From the human T2T-CHM13v2.0 reference genome, Homo sapiens, in NCBI RefSeq assembly GCF_009914755.1, contig NC_060944.1: a stretch of 64,000 nt of DNA; one strand, given 5' to 3'. Below the pieces are notes generated by a model. The model was given only the letters and a program-made list of their open reading frames with translations. It was not told where the DNA came from and did not search any database. This document shows, one piece after another, positions 1-15,025 of the stretch. Each line of letters starts with the position of its first letter. Position 1 is the stretch's first letter. The translations under genes were made by a program, and so were the position numbers.

Positions 1-125
1 CCATTTGGTAATATTCCATTTGCCAGAGTAAGTCACAGGGCCAAGCCAGAGTCCATGTGAGAGGGCACAACCAACTGAGCAATGGTATGGACATGAGAAG
101 TTAAATTACTGCAGGCCTTCTTATA
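1..125. mobile_element. MLT1-type MaLR LTR fragment (truncated by window edge)
   Basis: 'atattccatttgccagagtaagtcacagggccaagccagagtc' resembles the MLT1 motif 'cattggccaaagcaagtcacatggccaagccc'. Confidence 0.55.
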
Positions 126-689
126 CAAAAACTCATATATTCACACATAAAAACTTTTTTTCACCTATTAAATTTTATCTTTTGGACTTAATTCATAAAT
201 AAAATCTGATAGTCTCATTCTTTTGGTGCTGTTTATAAGAAAAACATTGCTATCAAATATGATATCTAATATATGCACATTCATGTCTACCATCTTAATA
301 TATGTTTTCATTTTACCCTGCTTTTTTATTTTTAGTCTTTTTCTGCCTTTAAAACAATGTATTGACTTGTACATATTTATCTGCTATTGGCCTGAGAAAT
401 ACATACTTTATTTGTACTATTTTAGAAGTTATCTTTAAAATTATAACTTATTAAATTGAAAAACTGTGCAAAATTAAGAACTATCTCAACCATCCTCCAA
501 ATAAATCAAAGCTGTTTATGAATACTTAACTCCCCCGACCTTTCAAGCATTACATGTTATTGTTGCTTAATATTTTAGTTTTGTTTTATATTCCCAGATT
601 TGCCATCTTTCTTACTACTTTTTACAGTGTTTGCTCTATTCATCTACATTTATTAAATTCTTTGCTTACCATTCTTTCATTTTTTGTTG

Positions 690-1126
690 CTTTTTTTTTA
701 ATGACAACTTTATTGAGATACAATCACATATCAAAACCCAGCTGTTCAGGAGGTTGAGACAGGGAGGATTGCTTGAGGCCAGGAGTTTGAGACTGACCTC
801 AAACATAGCAAGACCGTATCTCTTAAAAAAAATAATAAATAAATAAAAATAATAACAATAAAATAATTAGCTGGGCATGGAGATCTGAGTTACTTCGGAG
901 GCTAAGATGAGAGGATTTCTTGAGTCCAGGAGTTCAAGGCTGCAGTGAGCCAAAAATCACAACACTGCATTTCAGCCTGGGTGACAGAGCATGACTCTGA
1001 ATCTAAAATTAAATAAATAATCACATACCACAAATTTTACTCTTTAAAGTGCATAATTCAGTAACTTTTTAGCATATTCATATATACGTGCAATGATCAC
1101 CACTATTTAATTTTAGAATACTTTTG
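690..1126 (-). mobile_element. Old L1 (L1MB/L1ME-type) 3' end, interrupted by an Alu
   Basis: T-run then 'caactttattgagatacaatcacata...caaattttactctttaaagtgcataattcagt', typical antisense L1M 3' terminus; continues on both sides of the Alu. Confidence 0.65.
737..1020 (+). mobile_element. AluJ, 5'-truncated
   Basis: 'ggaggattgcttgaggccaggagtttgagac', A-rich linker, right arm 'gagttcaaggctgcagtgagcc', A-rich tail; 'atcacata' repeated on both flanks. Confidence 0.9.
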
Positions 1127-2172
1127 GAGAGAAAGTGGAGCAAGATGACCAAACAGAAGACTCCACTGATTATCCTCCCCAAAGGAACACCAAATTGAAC
1201 AACTAACCACACAAGAAAAAGGACCTTCATGAGAACCAAAAATTAGGTGAGTGATCACAGTACCTGATGTTAACTTCATATTACTGAAAGAAGCACTACA
1301 GCGGGTAGGAAACACAGTCTTGAATTGCTGACATCACCCCACCCCATCCCCTCGCAGAGGCCACATGGCATGGGGAGAGCATCTATGTGCTTGGGGAAGG
1401 GAGCACAAAGGGATTGTGGGCTTTGCATTAGAACTCAGTGCTGCCCTGTCACAGTAGAAAGCAACACTAGGCAGAACTCAGCCAGCGCCCATGAAGGAAA
1501 CATTTAGACAAGCTCTACCCAGAGGGTAATCATCTATCCCAGTAATCAGAATCTAAATTCTGGTAAGCCCACCCCCTGCAGGCTAAAGTGCTCTGGGGTC
1601 CTAAACAAAATTGAAACGCAGGCTAGGCCACAAGATCTACAATTCCTGGGCAAGTGCTGGTGCTTTACTGGGCTTGGAATCAGTGGACTTGGGGGGCAGG
1701 TGATCCAGTGAAATTCCACCCAGTGTGACCAAAAGAGTGCTTGTGCCACCCCTCCCCCAACCTCAGGTGGTACAGCTCAGTTCTGGGAGAAACTCCTTCC
1801 TTCTGCCTGAGGAGAGGAGAGGAGAGGGGAGATTAAAGAGGGCTTTGTCTTGCAACTTGGATACTAGTTCAGCCACAAAAGGATCAGGCATCAGGCAGAT
1901 TCCTGAGCCCCCATTTCAGGCCCTAGCTGCTGATGACATTTCTAGACACACCCTGAGTCAGGAAAGAACCCACTACTTTGAAGGGAAAAACCCAGTTCTA
2001 GCAGGATTCATCACCTGCTGACTAAAGAGCCTTTGGGCCCTGAATAATGAGTAGTGGCACAAAGGCAGTACTTGCCGTAGGCCTTGGGTGAGACTCAGAG
2101 ATGGTCAGGCTTCACGTAGGAGACTCAGTGCATTCCCAACTGTGCTGGCTAGGGGAGGAACTCCTGCTTGAG
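1127..2172 (+). mobile_element. Orphan 5'UTR of an old L1 (L1PB/L1M-class)
   Basis: Begins 'ggagagaaagtggagcaagatgaccaaacagaagactcc', the L1 5'-start motif (caagatgg-like); GC-richer 1 kb; no ORF1 follows. Confidence 0.75.
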
Positions 2173-2929
2173 GGTTAAACAGAATTCTGAATTTTACAGA
2201 GAATAGCTTTTTTCATATATTTTCCTGTCTTTGGGGATGAGGTTGAGGAGAACTGGGAGTGATTAAAAGTATGTCTAGGTACATGGTTCTATATTTCATT
2301 TATTTCTCCCCTGCTCTTTAATTTTTAGCCTATAGAGGTAGTATTCCAACTATAATTCTCCTTCAGCTGAATGATTCATGGCTTATATCTGGGCTCAAAC
2401 TTACAGATTATTGTCATCAAAATGATTTATGAATAGTTGCAGATAAGATGGTGGCAACAATTTCATATTACATCCAGCTTGAGAAACCCAAAAAGAAGTA
2501 GAATAAGGCTGATCTATTCAACTTTACATGATGATTCTTGTCACCTAATCAATTTGTACATTTCATTCCAAATTATTGACTGATACTTGATTAGATAGTT
2601 TTATCAGTGTTTTTCAGAAGCTAAAAAGCAGTATAATAGATGTACCAGCAATTGAATAATTTCATTTTAATATTCATTGTTGTGCTTTTTTATTCATCTA
2701 TTGGAAACACATCATAGAGTTACAATAAGAACATGGTAATCACCTCTCAGAAGTAAACATCTTACTCTTTAAGCCCTTGTTCCATATTCTTTCACTCAGT
2801 CTCTTAACAATTGATTGCTGTTCATATCTCAAGCTTGGTCCTCTACGCTGGAATATAAACATTCCGATGCATAATCAGCATCACAAATTGGTGTCCCAAG
2901 CATTTGCCTTTGGTAGCTCAAGTCTTTTC

Positions 2930-3470
2930 TCAACACATCGATCAGAGTGACACTGTTTATGTTTATATCACATTATGTTATATCACATAATGTCACTGGC
3001 TTGCACAAAATTCTCCAATGTTTTCCCATCTCTCATTGGGTTTCTGGAATAAAAGCCCAATTCCTCACAATGGTTGCAAATTCTTCAACATCTGGGCCCT
3101 GGATATGTCTCTTTGCTTTTGTTTGAACATGCCAGCCACACTTCAGCTTCAGGGCCTTGTATTGTGTCTTCCTTCTGCTGGAAAACTCTCCAGATACCTG
3201 AATGGCTCACCCACTAACCTCTTTCAAGTATTTGCTCAGATGTCAGATGTCACAATAAAACAAATTGTCCCTAAACTCCCCTTTCTCATTTCTGACTTAT
3301 TTGTTTTTACATAGCATTTATGAAACTCTGATATGATGTACATTTGTTAATAGTCTATCTCCCTGCCTCATTTTGCAAGGGCCATATGTGTAAATAGTCA
3401 CGGCTATATTCCTAACCATCAATCACAACAAAGCCAATCAAATTGATATTTGCTGATTGAATCAATCAAT
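2930..3470. mobile_element. L2 fragment
   Basis: 'cagggccttgtattgtgtcttccttctgctggaaaactctccagata...ctctttcaagtatttgctcagatgtca' resembles the L2 3' region; ends in a tgaa-like tail. Confidence 0.6.
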
Positions 3471-3910
3471 GTTTCTGTATATAAGTTGCTGTGAATATTT
3501 TCCATTGTACTGGGACCAGTATTGTACATTCTATCTATCTTTTCCATTCCATACTCATCTAGAATCCTGAGCTTTAGAAAACTGACTCTTTAGGGGTAAA
3601 AAGATGGTGACATTTACCCTTTATATTAAATCCTCACTCTCTTTGCATCATTTAGGAAAGATCATTAAATAAATAATCCATGTTTCCTGTCTCTTTATTT
3701 TCCTTGTATACATATCTTGTGCAGACATTACTGAAACTTGGTCAAGTGAAGTGGAATGAGCACTGGGCTCAGAGTGAGGAGTTACAATCCAGTTCTGCCA
3801 TAAACACATGACCCTGTTTAGGTCACTAAAGATTACTATTAAGAAGCTTAGACTTTGGAAAAATATTTTTGTTGGTTAATGCATTAAATGAAACATTGTA
3901 TGATAAAACA

Positions 3911-4033
3911 CCTGTAGTCCCAGCTATGAGGGAGGCTGAGGCAGGAGAATTGCTTGAGCCCAGGAGTTCAAGACCAGCCTGGGGCAACATAGCGAGAGCC
4001 CACCTCAAAACAAAACAAAACAAAACAAAACAA
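3911..4033 (+). mobile_element. FLAM (free left Alu monomer) with (CAAAA)n tail
   Basis: Single Alu monomer 'cctgtagtcccagcta...gagttcaagaccagcctggggcaacatagcgaga'; perfect 16-bp TSD attgtatgataaaaca at 3895-3910 and 4034-4049. Confidence 0.9.
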
Positions 4034-4189
4034 ATTGTATGATAAAACATAATTGCAGCTTATGTTAATATCATGAATTACTCAAATTCTAAAATGCTTT
4101 CACAAGCTTTATTTTGATTTACACAAGGGCCTTGAGAGTCATCTTTAACATTATGCTTTATTAGTTTAACATTATGCTTTATTAGCACT

Positions 4190-6790
<2,601 letters not shown>

Positions 6791-7049
6791 TATAATTACA
6801 TTTTGAAAGCACAAAAATGATGTTCTTTAACTTAGACTGGCATATAATTAATACAATTAAGGCCATATATTTAAATATATGAAAGCATATGAGATATTGG
6901 TGCTCTTTTTCTATTATGTTTAATAAGGACAAACTGTGTGTCATGCGAAACCTTTTTTATGTTTACTTTATTTACTTAAGCATTCATTTGGGTAAAAGTT
7001 CTTGAGTCCTGGGAACTGTTCAAGGTGCTTGGAAAATATATGCTTGTTT

Positions 7050-7380
7050 AAACTACATGTACCCTATGAGGTATACATAGTTCGTGGTGAGGCTAGGGTT
7101 GAACATAGAGTCTGACTTCAAAGCTTCAGCTTTAAACCACTACATTGCACTAAGTACGCACATGTGATTTCATATATGGAATGAATAGAAGGTGAGTAAC
7201 TACTTTTTTAGAGAAAAGTTATGATTCAGACACTTCTTGATTAGGTAAGCACTTGCCAAGTTGAGCATCCATGTTCTCAACTGTGAAATAACAAGAATAC
7301 CTACTTAATCACGCAGTTGGGCTGATTAAATGAGATCATGTGTATTAAGTACTTAACAAAATGCCTAGTAATATCTATTG
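7050..7380. mobile_element. MIR fragments
   Basis: 'gtctgacttcaaagcttcagctttaaaccactac' and 'catgttctcaactgtgaaataacaagaatacctac...gattaaatgagatcatgtgt' MIR core/tail motifs. Confidence 0.6.
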
Positions 7381-7827
7381 GTTATCTTACCTTACCTTTA
7401 AAATAATATTTTGCTATTTGTTTTTATTTGTTTACTTTTTTGGTGAACATTATTATAGTCTGTCCTTTCATATTTGCCATAACTTAGAAGAGATCATGCT
7501 CTAATGAAAGACTCAGAACCTAAAGGAAAGGTGACTCCTTAAAATATCAGTCACTGCACATCAGAGTCTCATCTTGGTGATAACCATTTAACAAAAAAAC
7601 AATGAATAAGGAATGTAGAAAAATACATAATGCTGACATATTGCAAGGGAAAAAACAAATTTCTCATATTGCTAGATATAGAGACTGGAGTAAAAGACCC
7701 CTGCTGCCTAGGTTTTGCTTTCATAGGATCTGTGTTCTTCTAAATTGTTAGCTACATTATCCTGTTGATTCCCAATGACCTGTTTCTCTTGTCCAAAACA
7801 CACAGGGATCTAGTTTGGTTTTTCTAT

Positions 7828-7991
7828 ACTGGCAGTTTTCAGAGTGGTCTGTAAACCAGCAGCATCCACATCACTTGAGAACTTGTCAGAAATACAAACA
7901 TCTTGAGGCAGAAATTCCAGCAAGTGGGCAATATTCTTTAACACATCTTTCAGGTAATTATGATGAAGTCTATATTTGAGAACCCACTATC
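7828..7991. mobile_element. MER5A (hAT-Charlie MITE)
   Basis: 'cagcagcatccacatcacttgagaacttgtcagaaatacaaa...tttgagaacccact' matches MER5A. Confidence 0.75.
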
Positions 7992-8449
7992 TTAGACAAT
8001 TAACACTTCTTCCACCGGGCAGAGCTTTTTATTAATGAATTACTGTCAAGGTCTTTGGTGGGACCTCCTATGCATCAAACACCCAGTTGTGGCCACTGGA
8101 ATAGCTTGCTGCTGCTGTGGTGAAAAATGAGCTAATTTACCATTGCCAGAATTCCAGCAGAATTAAATCAGATGACTTGTTTCCAGCCCAAATAACAACA
8201 CACATTATCATCCAGCATTTAGGAGTTGACCTTTATCCTGCACTATAGATTCCACACTTACAAGCTTTCTTATGTTTCTTGAAATAGCTTTGTTAGCTAC
8301 TGACCTTGGATTTGGCTCAGGCTGTTCCCTCTGTGTAAAATTTTTTTCTTCCTCTCTTTACCTAGTTAACACTGACTTTCTCTTCAGATCTCAATGTCAG
8401 CTTCAATTCCTTGAGTGTGGCATTTTCTGAATCCATATTTGAAATTAGG

Positions 8450-8720
8450 TTTTCTCTTCTTCCCTCCTCGTCTCCTCTCCTCTCCTCTCCTCTCTTCTTT
8501 CCTCTCCTCTCCTCTCCCCTCCTCTCCTCTCCTCTCTTCCCCTCCTCTCCCCTCCTCTCTTCCCCTCCCCTCCCCTCCCCTCTACTCTTTTCCTCTCCCC
8601 TCCCCTCTACTCTTTTCCTCTCCCCTCCCCTCTCCTTCCCTTCCCCCTCATTCCCTCCCTCTCCCTTCCCTCCTTCCTTCCTTCTTTCTTCCCTCCCTCC
8701 CTCCCTTCCTTCCTTCTGTC
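8450..8720. repeat. Polypyrimidine/polypurine low-complexity tract ((CCTCT)n/(CCCCT)n/(CCTT)n) inside an L2 fragment (~8270-8890)
   Basis: About 270 bp almost purely C/T; 25-bp perfect tandem unit at 8581-8605/8606-8630. Confidence 0.95.
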
Positions 8721-9592
8721 CATCCATATTACAGAATTGCTATTGAAGTTTGCAATTATGCTTTCCTTTATGAAGTATTTGGATTCAGTTCTGTCGCCCT
8801 TGAAAGACTGTAAATTCCATGAGGGCGAAGAGTGAACCTGTTTTGTTCACAAATGCACCCTCAATTGGGACCATCGACAAATACTTGTAGACATATAAAT
8901 AAAAGCAAAGTTCCAGTTTATCAATATTTTGTGATATCTAGTAGTTTATTTATGCCCAGGTGAAGAATATCATTTAGTTTATGATATTTCTATTGGAAAA
9001 AATATTCATTGATGTCTTACTGTGTGTCTGGCATTCTTTTAGTGCTGGTGATGGAGCAGCAAATACAGCAGACAAAATTCCAGCTCTCATGGAGCTTATA
9101 TTCTAATTTTAATCAAAGAATTGTCAGCAAAGCTATGAAACTACATTGCTGAAAATTCCACTTGTAACTTTTATAGCAGAATTTTGGATACTTTTAATGA
9201 CAAACTAAGTTAAAGAAACTATAATGCACTATGTAGAACTACAGAAATTATGGCAGTTCTTGAATTTAGAATGCCTTGTTGCAAAAATTATTCTGAAGCA
9301 AACAAGGGGAATTGGTCTCCATCATACATTTCAAATTTTAAAAAAGTGTCTCAAATGATAACAGTGGACCTCAGCAGAAACTCTAGATTTAAATTTCAAA
9401 AATAAATTATGTAATAATGTTATGATTGATATTAATAAATAATAATATTATGAATAATAGTTCATGGCAATGGGATGCTGATGGTAGGCTGTTATGAGAG
9501 AGTTGAAAGTTAATGGGATCAAGTCTTTGATTCAGTTAGCAAATTTAATATATATATTTTTATTGATACATAACATTGGTATATATGGGATA

Positions 9593-9951
9593 TGATATGG
9601 TTTGGCTGCGTCCTCACTTAAATCTCATCTTGAATTGTAACTCCTACAATTCCCATATGTCATGGGAAGGACTCAATGGGAGGTAATTGAATCATAGGGG
9701 CGGATCTTTCTCATGCTGTTCTCGCAATAGTGAATAAGTCTCACAAGATTTTATAAAGAGGAGTTCCCCCGCACAAGCTCTCTCTCTCTTTTGGCCTGCT
9801 GCCATCCATGTAAGACATGCCTTTCACCTTCCACCGTGATTGTGAGGCCTCCCCAACCATGTGGAACTGTAAGTCCATTAAACTTTTTTCTTTTGTAAAT
9901 TGCCCACTCTCAGGTATGTCTTTATCAACAGTGTGAGAACAAACTAATACA
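9593..9951 (+). mobile_element. THE1 solo LTR (MaLR; THE1B/C-like)
   Basis: Termini tgatatggtttggctg...actaataca; internal 'gattgtgaggcctccccaaccatgtggaactgtaagtccattaaac'; 5-bp TSD ggata/gggta (1 mismatch). Confidence 0.95.
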
Positions 9952-10310
9952 GGGTACATGTGATATTTTATTACATGTGTAGAATGTGTAACAATCAAGT
10001 CAGGGTATTTAGAATATTTATTACAAGAGTTTTTTTATTTCTATATGTTGAAAATATTTCATATCTTTTATTCTAACTATTTTGTAATACACAGTAGATT
10101 GTTGCTAACTAGAGTAACCCTACTCTGCTATTGCACATTAAAACTTATTCCTTCTAACTATACGTTTGTACCCATTACCCAACCTCTTTTCATCCCCCCC
10201 ACCCACACACCCTTTTCAGCTCCTGGTTACTATCATTCTACTCTCTACCTACATAAGATTAACTTTTTTAGCACCTAAATATGAGTGAGATGTGATAAAT
10301 TTGTCTTTCT

Positions 10311-10624
10311 GGCCAAGTGCGGTGGGTCACACCTGTAATTCCAGCACTTTGGGAGGCCGAGATGAGTGGATAGCCTGAGCTCAGAAGTTCGAGACCAGCC
10401 TGGGCAACATGGTGAGACCTTGTCTCTACTAAAAATACAAAAAAAATTGGCTGGGCGAGATGGCCCTTGCCTGTAGTCCCACCTATTCATGGGGACTGAG
10501 GCATGAGAATCACTTGAGCCTAGGAAGCAGAGGTTGTAGTGAGCTGAGATGGGGCCACTTAACTCCAGCCTGGGTGAGAGAGTGAGACTCTGTCTCAACA
10601 AAAATAAATAAATAAATAAATAAA
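10311..10624 (+). mobile_element. Full-length Alu (Jb/early S)
   Basis: Both arms, (TAAA)n tail, TSD ttgtctttct on both sides. Confidence 0.95.
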
Positions 10625-13600
10625 TTGTCTTTCTATGCCTGGCTTATTTCACTTAATGTCCAATTCCATCCATGTTGCTGCACATGACAGAATTTAATTC
10701 TTTTTATGGCTGAATAGTATTTCATTGTATATCTATACAATATTTTCTTTATCCGTTCATCCATTGATGGACACTTAGGTTGATTCCATAACTTTGCTAT
10801 TGTGAGTGGTGCTGCAATAAACATGAGGGTGCAGGTATCCCTTTGATATACTGACTTATTTCCTTTGGATACATAGTAATGAAATTGATGGATCATATGA
10901 TAGTTCAGTTTTTAGTTTTTTTGAGAAATCTTCACACTGTTTTCCATAGTGGCTATAATAATTTACATTCCCACCAACAGTGTATAATAGTTCCCTGTTC
11001 TCTGCATCCTTTCTAACAGTTGTCCCTTTTTTTGTCTTTTTGATAAAGGCTTTTCTAAGTGGGTAAGGTAACATCTCAATGTGGTTTTGATTTGCATTTC
11101 ACTGATGTTTAGTTATGTTGATCATTTTTCATATTCCTGTTGCCTATTTGTATATCTTCTTTGTTGAAAAGTCTATTCAAAGCATTTGCACACTTTTTAA
11201 TAAGACTATTTGCTGTTTATTCAGTTAGCTGTTGAGTGGGTTGAGTTCTTTGTATCTTCTGGTTATTAGTCCCTTGTTGGATGAATAGTTTGCAAGTGTT
11301 TTCTTCCATTAAATATTTTGTCTCTTCACTTTTTGTTTCCTTTATTGTGCAGGTTTTTAGTTTGATATTATTCCATTTGTCTATTTTCAGTTTTGTTGTC
11401 TGTGATTTTTGAGATTTTTGCCATAAAATACTTGCTTATACTGATGGTTGGGAGGCCTTCCCCTGTGTTTTCTTCTAGTAATTGCATAATTTCAGGTCTT
11501 ACATTTAAGTCTTGAATCCATTTTTGAAGTTTTTTTTTTTTTTTTTTTTGTATATGTCAGGAGTTAGGGCTTTAGTTTCATTCCTCTGCAGATGGATATC
11601 CAGGTTTCCCAACAGCATTTATTGAAGAGGGTATCCTTTCTCCAATGTATGTTCTTGGTGCTTTGGTTGTAAATCACTAGGCTATAAATACGTAGATTTA
11701 TTCTTGAGTTCTTTACTTGTTCCCTTAGTCTATGTATCTGTTTTCTACCAATATCATGCTGTTAATATAGCCTTGCAATATATTTTAAACTGTTCCTCCA
11801 ACTTTGCTCTTTTGGCTCAGGATTCCTTCGGATGCTTAGGATCTTTTTTTTTTTCCTGTATTGTTCCATACAATTTCAGAATTTTTTTTTATTTCTGTGA
11901 AAAATGTCATTGGTATTTTGCTAAGAATTGCAGTTAATCTATGTATTGCTTTGGATAATATGCTCATTTTAAGCATATTAATTTTTCCAATCCATGAGCA
12001 AAGGAAGTCTTTCCATTTCTTTGTTTCCTCTTTAATTTCTTTCATCAGTGTTTTGTAGATTCCCTTGTTGAGATCATTCACCTTCTTGATTAAATTTATT
12101 TCTAGGTATTTTATATTTTGGGGTAACTATTGTAAATGGAATTACCTTCTTGATTTAGTTCTCCAGTGGCTCATTATTGAGGTACAGAAATACAACTTAT
12201 TTTTGTATATTGATTTTGTATTCTGCAACTTTACTGAATTTATTTATCAGATCTAAGACTTTTTTAATGGAGTCTTTAGGTTTTTCTAAACATAATTTAA
12301 TATCATCTGCAAATAGGAACAATTTGACTTTCCGTTTTGCAATTTGGATGTCTTTTGTCTTTCTTTCTTTTCCTAATTACTTTGGCTGGATCTTCTATGT
12401 AGGATATAAGTAGCAAAAGTGGGCAAAGTTGTCTTGTTCCAGCTCTTAGAGAAAAGGCTTCTAGCTTTTCCTCACTCAGTATAATCTTAACTCTGGGCCT
12501 ATCATATGTGGCTTTATTATATTGAGGTATGTTCCTTTTATGCTTAGTTTGTTGAGAGTTTTTATTATGAAGGAATATTGAATTTTATCAAATGCTTTTT
12601 CTGTGTCTATTGAGATGATCATATGGTTTTTTTCTGATTCAAATATTTGGTTGCTTTATGGTGTCTCATAGGTCATGGATATTTTCTTCATTTCTTTTTA
12701 GTCTTTTTTTCTTTGTTTGTCTGCCTGTTATTTTAAAAGGCTCTGTCTTCCAGTTCTATTTTCTTCCCTTCTGCTTGAGATAGTCTATCATTAAGGCTCT
12801 TGGTTGTATTTTTTATTTCATTGATTGAATTCTTCAGTTCTGGAATTTCTGTTGTTTGTTTGTTTTGTATGATATATCTGTCTATGGTGAATTCCTCACT
12901 TATACCATCAGTTGTTTTTCTAATTTCTTTGTATTGCTCATCTGTGTCTTCTTGTATCTCACTATGCTTCTTTATTGTCATTATTTTAAATTCTTTTTCA
13001 GGCATTTCATAATTTTAATTGACATTTGTTGCTGGAGAATTAATGTTTTCCTTTAGCGATGTCATATTTCTGTTTCATGTTTCTTGTGTCCTCACATTGA
13101 TATCTGCACATATTGTGCAACTGTCACTTCTTTCAAGTTTTTGGATTCATTTTTGTAAGGGAAGACTTTTTCTTGAGATTATATCCAAGGTATTTGTTCA
13201 GTGGGGCACTTTAGCTTTGATTCTGGATACATGCAGTAGTGTATCTCTGTGTGATTTCTTCAGCTGTAAACAGCAACAGTAGTGTCTGTATTTTCCTCAG
13301 TGACTTAGGGAGTGGTTATTAGTAAAGGCTGTGGCAAGGCTTTGCTGGGGACAAAGATAACAGGTGGGCCAGTCCTCTAGGCCCAGTGGTGGCAGTGGAA
13401 GGCTGAGAGTGCCTGTCTGCAAGCTCCTGGGCAGCATATACAGATGCGGGTATTAGCGGGTTCAATTTTGGAACCTCCAGGTGGCTCACCAAGAGTGGTG
13501 GGCCAGGCTGCTGGGTGTGTCCTTGCACCCCTGGGCAAGGTGCATTATGTGGGCAAAGGCAGTAATGGTGGTGGGTGCCCAGGCAACAGGCACTGATGTT

Positions 13601-14460
13601 AGCAGTGGCTGTAATGGGCTAGGCAGGCCAGCCCCAGTACCCCAGGTGGCACTTATGGTGGGTACCCACAGTGGTGGTGGTGGCAGGTGGGTAGGCTTGT
13701 CCTCAGGCTTGTTGGAGGAGTACATAGATGTCAGCTGAGGTAGATATGGTGGGGCAATCCCCAGGCCTCCAGAAGATGTGCTTTGGTGCTAGAAACAAGT
13801 GTTTTGGGCCTGTTGTGAGGCTTCCTGGTGGTGCACTTTCACTGACAGGGTAGCAGATGGGGCAGAACAATCCTCAGGTCCCTGGTGGCATGCTTGGGCA
13901 TTGGGGAATCGGTAATGCAGCTGGCAAGTAATTATCTGTTCTTTAGGAGGTGAGCTGAGCTGCTGATCTCGTGGGCAAACACACATATATATAATTTACA
14001 CAGTTACATTGACTTTAATTAACAATGTAGAATATTTTATTTCTGTAGGAACTGATTATCCTAGAATTGTTTCTTTCAGCTCTGTTGCACATTGCTTAGG
14101 TATTAGCTTCCATGAGTAGAGTCAAAGATTTAAAAAAAAACTGCTTAGAGGAATACTAGGCCTACTGTTTGCCATATGACTGTGCTTGGCCTACTCTGAT
14201 TACTCCTAAATCTATACAACAGCTGTTCACAGTTCCTAGCATGAGGCATCAACAGAAATGAAGCGGAGCACCCCTCATTAGCTAAAGCTTCTTGTACCTC
14301 ACTGGCATTTTTTCCCTCTTCCTTTCTTCTGTTTGAAAGTGACTTATTGTTCTTACTTAGTTCAGATATATTATGTGGCATCCCAGTCTTGCCAAGTAAA
14401 AGGAATTGTCCAAATCAATGAATGACTCCTTCTTCATTTAAACTAAATATATACATATAT

Positions 14461-14748
<288 letters not shown>

Positions 14749-14892
14749 CTTAAAAAGATTTTTTACAAATTATCAGGGTAATTTTATCTTTCCCAAGTGA
14801 GAGCCAGTTTTGGTTTTTTAAACTTGTGAGATTGGAGAGTTGGCACTGTTGGTTTGTTAGTGGTTATTAACTAAGTTGGATGTAACCACAAG

Positions 14893-15025
14893 AAGTATAA
14901 AAGGGAGAAGTGATGATAAGACAGAAGGAAGGAAGGAAGGGAGGAAGCAAGGTGGGAATAAGGGAGGGAAAACAAGAGAAAGAGAAAGGGAGTTAAAGAG
15001 GGGGAGTGAGAGAGAGAGAAAGAAG
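14893..15025. repeat. GA-rich low-complexity tract
   Basis: (GGAA)n/(GA)n purine run. Confidence 0.8.

Larger units (their letters stand above)
9555..13970 (-). mobile_element. L1MA-type element: 3' end, ORF2 C-terminal half, ORF1 N-terminus and part of 5'UTR; internally deleted; hosts a THE1 LTR and an Alu
   Basis: ORF2-like peptides 'DTCTLMFIAAPLTIAKLWNQPKCPS' (10633-10896) and 'YKTLMKEIKEETKKWKD' (11836-12081); ORF1-like 'MPEKEFKIM...IELEDR' (12733-13005); GC-rich UTR 13300-13970. Confidence 0.9.

Noticed and set aside
8362-8813. ORFs of 111-132 aa rich in S/P/L or E/G/R
   Set aside because: Translation artefacts of the stop-free C/T low-complexity tract.
13300-13970. GC-rich segment as a CpG-island promoter
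   Set aside because: CpG-poor (TG/CA rich) and contiguous with L1 ORF1; it is a decayed L1 5'UTR.
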